Assembly (NCBI GenBank): GCA_016234155.1
Contig: JACRGZ010000152.1
Coordinates: 1 to 34,649 of the forward strand
Reading direction: 5' to 3'
DNA: 34,649 nucleotides
Source: Nitrospirota bacterium
GTDB taxonomy: Bacteria; Nitrospirota; 9FT-COMBO-42-15; HDB-SIOI813
Numbering within the stretch: the stretch's first letter is position 1; each line of letters starts with the position of its first letter. A model generated the notes under the pieces. The model saw only the letters and a list, made by a program, of their open reading frames with translations, searched no databases and was not told where the DNA came from. Shown here one piece after another: positions 26,301 through 32,082 of the stretch. Position numbers and translations under genes: made by a program.

Positions 26301-26369
26301 GTATGGCTGTATAGCCAGGGTGGAGCCGGCGAGATTACTACGTATTACCTGCTGATACCAATGCCGTAA
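20328..26369 (+). CDS. Giant secreted multidomain cell-surface protein (2013 aa)
   Basis: The signal peptide ends ...GGFGTLYA/ANF.
- About 20950-21460: two FN3-like modules (GYRVYRRT, GYRVYRSS).
- About 21650-22210: Gly-rich beta-helix-like region (GGGGGYGSAG...GGTGGNGGGTVRISANDISLAGTISAKG...GSGGNGRIRLS).
- About 22790-23210: CBM4/9-like module (NPGFESC...GWTAS...YTFGVWARS...YAWFDDVSVSV).
- About 23690-24900: CARDB/DUF11-like modules (TYTVQIQNDGN, TYTITIENEGN, FDIKVQNEGNGPD).
- About 24940-25560: two FN3 modules (YDLRYS, GYVLKYS).
- 25719-26366: unassigned C-terminal module shared with the next gene. Confidence 0.85.
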   Translation: MRIMSDIKKLFLVLLISSLIYCLILGGFGTLYAANFQWIQTDWSGGASPSSTTGHNPAQNGQTSWNQYYSKDPNIEALSTNGQLTLSPLSASWIQDTDTDFNSGTLTSLQIMGTGSAAYLTLNDYVPALGTGADGDLIVDGTTASSSSDLQVHGAGNPLIINGIKNYNKVFVQNGGVISGSPASLLSPPASINFNSLYGYTAPPGDNYYIVTTVDQFGNETQRSPLTDNPYGNRIIGLRGWAPYITWSPVAGAAGYRVYRRTEYVSTDYSSPALVCSITNPATTSCLDTLPAPQPGSPHLKLTPALATPGVSPTGGNLTDGTYYYVATAIDFWGFETNPGTQRTVTISTGTNTASVSLSWSAISEASGYRVYRSSTSGIYNINDPNSGMVCQTTSLSCTDTLSTPIPGAPSMSYDNAAANGMLQLKIIGTLSVDSTSSINLDGMGFSGGVNTTTSTQGVPGKGPGAAGNRGGGGGYGSAGTSNSNPLFPSATGIPYGSTVSVAQSPYPGSGGASGSFSSLIYQGGTGGNGGGTVRISANDISLAGTISAKGSPGQNANQNLTDPGGAGSGGLVFLDSNILNSTGQITAIGGSGGVFIPSSGKNPSNYATAGSGGNGRIRLSALSAIPGTTNPAAFVGNAGLYESPSQDLGAGGVRFTNHNISWTGQLNGGNIKFLIATNKDNQTWIFCGPGGVMESSVSPAYYTPDPFSVGTPIWDGHNGDRYIRYKIIFEAPDIDPLNSPVLDNVTIGYEYNPFFQSLVSSPYDTGNTANPIRALTWDANLAPGTDASLQLRTGGSSAGVLATDWYGPINSALANSGVIVANPGFESCTGSYTIPPGWTASTVPIDDGCYNSGYTGSWSLSERRTQDYFSQSLQLSSGVTYTFGVWARSAQAAQQTAILLVSSTAGGGSTYCTNQTNSTSWTLLSCQYTPSTNQTIYLNLRSTGTKGYYAWFDDVSVSVLSTSGLSTIAVQDVSGFSVGDWVTITESTNPSQVELKKISAIDTATNRITLNSPLLYGYTTDSVVTNTFTDPQGTKPVNILNRDGVNDQWLQYRVLLTAEDRLQTPVFLENRIGYLPAAGIYQPDGVIDSNGDCLLTFDECRLNGSLGTFGSGGGGISNRSVDPGFKNGLATYTVQIQNDGNPASGMDSISINWNTPSDASGAWTVVLNDISQNLSSPVTVTLDPGSSQTYTLEVTPSIYAPADSVKTVTLDIHSQNEYVKGDSIQAVTTINRAYQTDGIIETNGNDTRDTTGNGNGGSASKTSMPADTMTYTITIENEGNIQDVYILSQTSSCTDSNNLAQPLPPNWKILINDGTTDYDLVSATWTTTAVPAKINAGSVVQYTLKVFTSGEPMTCTTILKIDSIGTGTTQDSLTATTVLSNAYGVDLWIEGTNGDNLYDATGTGGGGNYSKGILGGVAGTFDIKVQNEGNGPDSFILEWSFDPPIPPDWSITILNQDGSTLCASPSSCIVPPSDLACIYKSGSQCLAIAGEVIPLRLQVSPPSSFTSGYQDIIIKGTSMGDTSKVDSIRARVWANSLTITVASVTPTSSTITWPAPPWPADSYDLRYSRGDINSAKEIIEDGLIPVPNQVNFSNATAVRGLPKPKTSGTESFTVTQLYANTNYYFALKTRQNGGNTSVISSCSNCPRKTDSSSDLTPPSAVSDLVVTSGTADSETLCWTAPYDDNPSTPVTGYVLKYSTKKIVDGITPGMGEVLFSNATTIDDLGIPKSPGTQECYKVKVNNIISQNDRTPNTQFFFALKSGDENQAGNDGILNTQDDNLSSISNVAQGLTAMSSNAYNMVSVPKVPNPNSPADVFGDDVGSPLYLYWWDSRGVGHDQGCYDGLPNQFNPNNVNPPCTQITAIQEGKGYFLWSPRQDVVLDAPVGSSEVTPASCTNELNQSFNCYVYTLKEGWNTIGNPFGKEVDVSAVRIRETKQQELTTTITTAPFLQAVNNNWIGNAIYSYNGTAYSYDICDNTGCNPVLQSWKSYWVWLYSQGGAGEITTYYLLIPMP

Positions 26370-26372
26370 GTC

Positions 26373-26409
26373 CCCCCCCTTCCCCCTTTATTAACCGGGG
26401 AAGGGGGGG
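26373..26409. other. Very stable G/C hairpin between the giant gene and the 696-aa gene
   Basis: Sequence cccccccttcccc (26373-26385) / 11-nt loop ctttattaacc / ggggaaggggggg (26397-26409). It is a perfect 13-bp stem starting 4 nt after the stop codon. Neither strand has a following U-tract. Confidence 0.6.
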
Positions 26410-26438
26410 ATTGAAAGGATAATGTTGAAAAAGGGCAC

Positions 26439-28529
26439 ATGAAGCTGCAAAATATCATCTTATACATACTTATAGCCCTATTCTTATCTGGAAGTTCGGG
26501 ATATGCCATGGCTGCCCAAGGTATGATTGATGATTGGGGAGTCACTGTTTCTGTCTCTACACCATACCCGACAGTTCCCGGAGGGATCGTATCAATCCCC
26601 CTGTCAGCCGGCATAAGAACTGGTGCATCAGATAAATATGACAATGCTATGGACACTGTCTCGTTTCTAAGTGCTGACGCCCCATTGCAGGCTCATTTTC
26701 CACATGGTGCTGTTATAAAAGATAATAATGCCGGAGGAGTGGCAGGATGGGACTGCCCCAATCCAGAGAGTGGATACAACCCTTACCAATGCTCACTCTG
26801 GCGGGACTTCAGGGCGCTGAATCAGACAGTCACATGGGACTTCGAGGTTGTTTCCACGATCAATGGGGCTACGATTTCCCTGAACTGGCAGATAGATGGC
26901 GGGCCTATAGATCCATCAGAAATTGAGCTTACCCTTGTAGATCTTTCGGCAACTCCCCCGATGCCGCCAATGAGACTTGACGGGTCATCACAGTATCAAT
27001 ATACAAACTTTTTTGCTGCTGGCAATAAATTTGGTCTGCGGAAATTTGAGATACGGATGAAGACCTCCGGACTTTTCATTACTCCACCGACCCTCCAGCC
27101 CGGGGTATTGAATTCCTCTTATAGCGAATCTCTGCAAGCGATTGGTGGAAATGTCATGTGGAGTTTAGAAAGCGGAGATTTGCCGCCTGGGCTTCGACTA
27201 GATACCTCCTCCGGTCAGATTGAGGGTATCCCTCAAAGTGAAGGGGTTTATTCATTTACAGTCCGGGCTATTGATCCTGTCATAGGAAACCAGGCAAGTC
27301 ATAATTATACATTACAGATTCTTCCTCCACTCATTATCACGACTCCGGATCTGCCCGGAGGAGAACTCTATTCCTCTTATTCTGAGACACTCGGGGTTTC
27401 GGGAGGTACCCCACCTTTTACCTGGAAACTATCTTCCGGATCCCTTCCTGAGGGGATCTCTTTGGATAAGGATTCCGGAACCCTTTCAGGAGACCTGTCT
27501 GTACCGGGGATATTCGATTTTGCAATCCAGGTCGGAGATTCCGTCGGGGCAAAGACAATCCGCACATACCATATCCTCGTAACAGAGCAGGCAGATACAA
27601 CTCCCCCGACGGCCATCTCAGATCTTCGGGTGCTCTATACGACACCTTCAACAGCAATCCTGGCATGGTCAGCGCCTCAGGATGACAGCATCACCGGAAC
27701 AGCAGCAGCCTATGACCTTCGTTATTCAAAGGACTGTCCCGCAGGTCAGGACATGACATGGTGGGACACTGCACTTCAAGCCATAGGAGAACCAAGACCC
27801 CAGTCAGCGACACTCCATACTTATACCCTTGGGGGGGTGGAGGCTGGTCAAAACTACTGTGCAGCCATACAAAGCATGGATGCATCTGGCCATGTCTCGG
27901 CAAATTCTAATGTTGTCAGATTCCCTGATGGATCATCTCAGTACGACACCAATTTCTCCGTATTAACAACACGGCAGTATCACGTTCAAAAGGGATATAA
28001 CCTTATTTCAATACCAATGATTGCTCTGCCCAGTGACACCTCTATTTTTGAAAACGCCATCGGGGGGACAGCATCTGTCTACCGCTGGTACTCAGCCTAT
28101 CCGGGGCTGACCGAGGCGCAGTGGTACATGGAGGGCAACGTTCATCCAGGCTATGGCTACTTCCTTTATGTTCCGGATCAGGGGATAACCCTGGACATCA
28201 CTGGAATGGAGATAAACGACTCCCAATACATCGTTCGTCTCCAGGGAGGATGGAATATGATAGGAAATCCCTATGAAGTGGATATCACACTCAAGGATGT
28301 CTTGATAAGAGAAGTCAAAGATACAGGGGATGGAAAATCCAAGTCCTTTGAGGATGCTGCCAAATCAGGGTTAGTAGGCAATTCCCTCTATGCCTTCAAT
28401 GGCCTAGACTATGAGTTCCTCGCGGTCAATGACGATCCCCCTGCCGTCTTGAAACCGTGGGCCGGATTCTGGTTGTATGTACAAGAAGGTAAAGACTATG
28501 AAATGATATTCAGGAAGCCACAAAAATGA
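26439..28529 (+). CDS. Secreted surface protein (696 aa): unassigned N-terminal module, 2 putative-Ig (He_PIG-like) repeats, FN3, unassigned C-terminal module
   Basis: The signal peptide ends ...SGSSGYAMA/AQG.
- He_PIG-like repeats: VLNSSYSESLQAIGGNVMWSLESGDLPPGLRLDTSSGQIEGIP and ELYSSYSETLGVSGGTPPFTWKLSSGSLPEGISLDKDSGTLSG.
- FN3: ILAWSAPQDD...AAYDLRYS.
- The C-terminal 178 aa (27993-28526) align with the giant protein's C-terminus: YNLISIP/YNMVSVP, GYGYFLY/GKGYFLW, GGWNMIGNPY/EGWNTIGNPF, NSLYAFNG/NAIYSYNG, LKPWAGFWLYV/LQSWKSYWVWL. Confidence 0.85.
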   Translation: MKLQNIILYILIALFLSGSSGYAMAAQGMIDDWGVTVSVSTPYPTVPGGIVSIPLSAGIRTGASDKYDNAMDTVSFLSADAPLQAHFPHGAVIKDNNAGGVAGWDCPNPESGYNPYQCSLWRDFRALNQTVTWDFEVVSTINGATISLNWQIDGGPIDPSEIELTLVDLSATPPMPPMRLDGSSQYQYTNFFAAGNKFGLRKFEIRMKTSGLFITPPTLQPGVLNSSYSESLQAIGGNVMWSLESGDLPPGLRLDTSSGQIEGIPQSEGVYSFTVRAIDPVIGNQASHNYTLQILPPLIITTPDLPGGELYSSYSETLGVSGGTPPFTWKLSSGSLPEGISLDKDSGTLSGDLSVPGIFDFAIQVGDSVGAKTIRTYHILVTEQADTTPPTAISDLRVLYTTPSTAILAWSAPQDDSITGTAAAYDLRYSKDCPAGQDMTWWDTALQAIGEPRPQSATLHTYTLGGVEAGQNYCAAIQSMDASGHVSANSNVVRFPDGSSQYDTNFSVLTTRQYHVQKGYNLISIPMIALPSDTSIFENAIGGTASVYRWYSAYPGLTEAQWYMEGNVHPGYGYFLYVPDQGITLDITGMEINDSQYIVRLQGGWNMIGNPYEVDITLKDVLIREVKDTGDGKSKSFEDAAKSGLVGNSLYAFNGLDYEFLAVNDDPPAVLKPWAGFWLYVQEGKDYEMIFRKPQK

Positions 28530-29278
28530 ATATGAATAAAAAAGACAGGACCAAAATCACTATCATTAACACCCTTCTTCTAATAATGACTATGACCTTC
28601 CGGGCATACCCGGTTTGGGCTGACACATCACAGATCATCCTGGAAGTTTCAGTCCCGTTAGAGGATACCACCGGCGCCGGTATCACTAAGGCATATAATC
28701 GCCTTGTCCTCGGAGTCCACCCTGAGGCTACAGGGAATTACGACCCTCAATGGGACACCCCTGCCTTTTTCAGCACACCAGACCCTGAAAATCCGCCTCT
28801 TTTGAGGGCATATTTTGAACATCCTGAATATGCATCAAACCAGAAAGAGTTATGGCGGGATATTCGATCCGATACCGGTGGCTCACAGAAAACATGGGAT
28901 ATGGCAGTTGTCTTAGCCCCCTCGGAGATTGGGAAGGCGATCACTCTATCGTGGGCTCTCTCTCCCTCCCTGCTGACATCTAAAGATAAGATAACCCTAC
29001 TGGATCAGAATTCTCAATCCAGCATAGACATGCGAAGACAGTCCTCCTACAGTTTTGTCAATGGCTCGTCATCTCCAAAAATGTTATCGGTGACTATCAA
29101 CTCATCAAAGGGTTCTTCCAGTAGTGGATCGGGTAACTTTGGATGCGGTACAGTAAAGCGGGACGACTTCAATAAACCGGGCACTGGAACTACGATACCG
29201 ATACTGATAAATTTATTAATTCTGTTAAGCCCTGTTCTGCTTCGTCTTAGGCCATTACGATCAAATTCAACAAACTAA
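28526..29278 (+). CDS. Small exported protein (250 aa) with an N-terminal module shared with the 696-aa protein and a C-terminal Gly-Cys / TM / Arg-rich tail
   Basis: The start overlaps the upstream stop as ATGA. The signal peptide ends ...AYPVWA/DTS. Module matches with the 696-aa protein: LGVHPEATGNYDPQWDTPAFF vs AGIRTGASDKYDNAMDTVSFL; LRAYFEH vs LQAHFPH; ELWRDIRS vs SLWRDFRA; KTWDMAVV vs VTWDFEVV; ITLSWAL vs ISLNWQI; KITLLD vs ELTLVD. The tail reads SSSSGSGNFGCG...IPILINLLILLSPVLLRLRPLRSNSTN. Confidence 0.75.
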   Translation: MNMNKKDRTKITIINTLLLIMTMTFRAYPVWADTSQIILEVSVPLEDTTGAGITKAYNRLVLGVHPEATGNYDPQWDTPAFFSTPDPENPPLLRAYFEHPEYASNQKELWRDIRSDTGGSQKTWDMAVVLAPSEIGKAITLSWALSPSLLTSKDKITLLDQNSQSSIDMRRQSSYSFVNGSSSPKMLSVTINSSKGSSSSGSGNFGCGTVKRDDFNKPGTGTTIPILINLLILLSPVLLRLRPLRSNSTN

Positions 29279-29281
29279 GAC

Positions 29282-29311
29282 TTGACAGGGGAGAGAGCAA
29301 CAAATTATAAT
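29282..29311 (+). promoter_or_regulatory. Exact sigma-70 consensus promoter in front of the multiheme cytochrome gene
   Basis: Sequence TTGACA (29282-29287), 18-nt spacer ggggagagagcaacaaat, TATAAT (29306-29311). It starts 4 nt after the stop of the 250-aa gene. ATG 29327 lies 15 nt after the -10 box, so the leader would be only about 8-9 nt and has no SD. Confidence 0.55.
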
Positions 29312-29326
29312 ATCCTGAATTTTTCC

Positions 29327-32080
29327 ATGAAGAATATTGTCATCAGAAAAACATCAAAAATATTTGTTGTTCACCTCCTTCTCGTCTGCATACTCCTTTG
29401 GCCTGGGAGGATGGCCCTAACCCAGCTCTCTCAACCGCCTCCGCCTCCACCTGTCCCTGGAATGCCATCGATTCTGGAGGATATCAGGAATACACGCCAT
29501 AATCTCTCATCTGTTCCTCCACCGGACACAGCAATATTCGAGAAACTCTATGGACCCGGAGTACAACGGCGGGTCTTCACTGTTGAAACAACAGAGGTGT
29601 GTATATTCTGCCACACCCCCCATGGGGCCTCTGTTGAGACGGCATCGCAGATCAACGCACCTCTATGGAACCGCAGCCTTTCGACCGCACGATATATCCT
29701 CTATGATCAGGTCTGGAGTACCAGTTTTGAAGGATATGAAATCGGCCCGAAACCAAATGCGCCAACAGGATATTCCAGACTTTGTCTTTCATGTCATGAT
29801 GGAACCATCGCATTGGGCACCATTATCAATGCACCAGGGTCAGGTGGTTATAATAATCAGGGCTTTCTTATGACCTATGCCCCAAGTCAGAGTCCGGCAG
29901 GTGGGGCCTTTGGAAGGATACCGGTAGGCTCTGGTCCCTCTACCGGGGATACCCGCCTCATCGGGACGAACCTTCAGAACGACCACCCGATCTCCTTTGT
30001 TTTCGATTCCGTCCTGGCCAACAGGGATGAAGAACTGGTCGACCCGGGACCGGCGTTGGTTCCACCTGCAAAGGTCAGCGATTCTACACCTATCTCCCCC
30101 CTTAGACGTTATCCGGGAATGGATCCATACCAATTCGATTCGGTCCAGTGCACCTCGTGCCACAACCCCCATGCGGCTGCTTATCCAAAGTTTCTGAGGG
30201 CCGGTTATTTCAATAATGATCCGAATGATCCGAATTACGCCACTGGATCGAGCAAACTCCTCTGCCTCTATTGTCATGATAAACCAGGATGGGTGGGCAG
30301 CTCCCATGATACCGATACCTTCAAACCGCCTCCAAGCCCGACTGCGGCTAACCCCTATAACTATGACGGTGAACATACTGTAGGCCAGTATGCCTGCAGG
30401 GCATGCCATGACCCTCACACTGTCCAGGGTGCAAGACGGCTTTTAAGGGAAGGGGTAGATGCTAACAATAATTTTGCTATTGAGAATACCTGTTTCCAGT
30501 GCCATAAACCCTCCTCAGAGCTTGCAGGGGGTTCAGGGCCATTTCCTCCGGATATACGCAGCGAATTTCAGAAAGATACAAACTCCACAGGCAATGGCAC
30601 TGCTATGAATCTCACCCTGAGTCAGACTCATGAGCCGGTCTTTGTGGCACGGCCCCAGGAGGGGGTCGAACTTTTTAGCCCAGCCCCTCCCCTCTTTAAT
30701 GAATATCTACCTGGTACAGCACTGCCGGATACTGCACATGTCGAATGTGTGGACTGCCATAATCCACACCAGGTGAGAAAAGAGAACCGTCTCAAGGGAA
30801 TGAAAGGGATAGATATCAACGGCAATATAGTAGGGGCCAAAATTCCTGGAAACAGCCGCGAGCCTTATGTCTTCGAGGTCTGCTTCCGTTGCCATGGGAA
30901 CAGTTACACCAACCTCTTTGTCGGAGACCGGTTTCCAGAGGAGCTTGTCAGTGAAGTCATTCCTGGCGCAAGCCTCGTGACTTTTAGTCCCCGGTCTGAT
31001 CCCAGGGCAGGGACACCGGCCAATGGGAGCCAATTCAGCCTGAAGGGGTACAGCAATAAACGAAAGGAGTTTGACCCGAATACCCCGGACACCTCCCCTA
31101 ACCATTCACAACAGCCCAAAAATACTGCATATCATCCGGTTGCAGCACCTGGCAGAAACGGATCCCTGCAACTCTGTAATCAGCTGGCTCAAGCATTTAA
31201 TCTGAAGAGTTCTCTTGCCAATCCAGGGGGAAATGTCGGCAATTGCGATTCTGACCCAGCAGGGACGCTCAGCAATATCACTATCCAGTGCACCGACTGC
31301 CACAATAATAACGCATTCGAAAATGTTGTCCGTGGACCTATCACCGGCCTTTATGATGGGAGTTCATATCGGCGTATAACAGATTCTCCGGCAGCACCTA
31401 ATCCAAGTTATAATACTCAGATGCAGACGTTAAATGACAACCCCTCCAAGCCTCAGGGACCTCATGGTTCTGACTACATCCGTATTCTGCGTGCCCGCTA
31501 CAATACAGACATCTTTAACCCCAGCCGGTGCTTCAAGAATGGCACCCCTAATGCGGGATGTGCCGGTTCTGATGGCAGGAGTGCATCCTTCTATGATAAC
31601 TTTAACCTCTGTTTTCAGTGCCATGACCGAAGGGCCTTTGACGGTGTTCTTTATAATTATCCTACTACTGGGCTAAAAGACCAGCCATGGACCAATTTTT
31701 TTGGTAAACCGACTAATGCAATTGATTTTTGGGAGGGGAACCTTCACAAATTCCATCTGCGGTATAGCGGGGCCTATTGTCATGAATGTCATTATAATGT
31801 TCACAGTAATGTCGAGGCTCAGAACACTATATATGGTGATGGCTCAGGAGGGGGCCTACCCCCGGACAGCGGGTATGGAATGCCGGGTGGGGTTGCAGAT
31901 ACCCATCTGCTCAATTTCGCCCCCACGGTCACAGGAAGTGTAGCTGGCAAGCCCAGATGGTTTTATAATGGAAATCGCATCAGTTGTTATATGAGTTGTC
32001 ACAATGTCACTATGGACAGTTGCTCCTATCAGGCGGCATCTTCTGTTACGGAGTGCCAGGTAAGCAGATGTGGTGATTAG
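29327..32080 (+). CDS. Exported multiheme c-type cytochrome (about 917 aa; 11 CXXCH plus 1 CX3CH)
   Basis: Track ORF 29282..32080 begins at a TTG that is the -35 box. I prefer ATG 29327 (MKNIVIRKTSKIFVVHLLLVCILLWPG, a signal/anchor sequence). Heme motifs: CIFCH, CLSCH, CTSCH, CLYCH, CRACH, CFQCH, CVDCH, CFRCH, CTDCH, CFQCH, CHECH and CYMSCH. Many occur as C-x-x-C-H-x-P-H. A Pro-rich linker (QPPPPPPVPG) follows the signal sequence. Confidence 0.85.
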   Translation: MKNIVIRKTSKIFVVHLLLVCILLWPGRMALTQLSQPPPPPPVPGMPSILEDIRNTRHNLSSVPPPDTAIFEKLYGPGVQRRVFTVETTEVCIFCHTPHGASVETASQINAPLWNRSLSTARYILYDQVWSTSFEGYEIGPKPNAPTGYSRLCLSCHDGTIALGTIINAPGSGGYNNQGFLMTYAPSQSPAGGAFGRIPVGSGPSTGDTRLIGTNLQNDHPISFVFDSVLANRDEELVDPGPALVPPAKVSDSTPISPLRRYPGMDPYQFDSVQCTSCHNPHAAAYPKFLRAGYFNNDPNDPNYATGSSKLLCLYCHDKPGWVGSSHDTDTFKPPPSPTAANPYNYDGEHTVGQYACRACHDPHTVQGARRLLREGVDANNNFAIENTCFQCHKPSSELAGGSGPFPPDIRSEFQKDTNSTGNGTAMNLTLSQTHEPVFVARPQEGVELFSPAPPLFNEYLPGTALPDTAHVECVDCHNPHQVRKENRLKGMKGIDINGNIVGAKIPGNSREPYVFEVCFRCHGNSYTNLFVGDRFPEELVSEVIPGASLVTFSPRSDPRAGTPANGSQFSLKGYSNKRKEFDPNTPDTSPNHSQQPKNTAYHPVAAPGRNGSLQLCNQLAQAFNLKSSLANPGGNVGNCDSDPAGTLSNITIQCTDCHNNNAFENVVRGPITGLYDGSSYRRITDSPAAPNPSYNTQMQTLNDNPSKPQGPHGSDYIRILRARYNTDIFNPSRCFKNGTPNAGCAGSDGRSASFYDNFNLCFQCHDRRAFDGVLYNYPTTGLKDQPWTNFFGKPTNAIDFWEGNLHKFHLRYSGAYCHECHYNVHSNVEAQNTIYGDGSGGGLPPDSGYGMPGGVADTHLLNFAPTVTGSVAGKPRWFYNGNRISCYMSCHNVTMDSCSYQAASSVTECQVSRCGD

Positions 32081-32082
32081 CC

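Noticed and set aside
26345-26656. 103-aa minus-strand ORF spanning the intergenic hairpin
   Set aside because: It is antisense to the 3' end of the giant gene and the 5' end of the 696-aa gene, and it reads through the G/C hairpin (giving PPSPVNKGGRGG). It is most likely an artefact.
29840-30418. 192-aa antisense ORF inside the cytochrome gene, and the many other 60-130-aa ORFs nested in or antisense to large CDSs (for example 3160..3426, 8347..8745, 13054..13410, 30707..31105, 27377..27666)
   Set aside because: All overlap long ORFs that carry recognisable domain motifs. Their translations are Arg/Pro/Cys-rich or low-complexity, as is typical of out-of-frame or antisense reading, and they have no independent SD or promoter signals.
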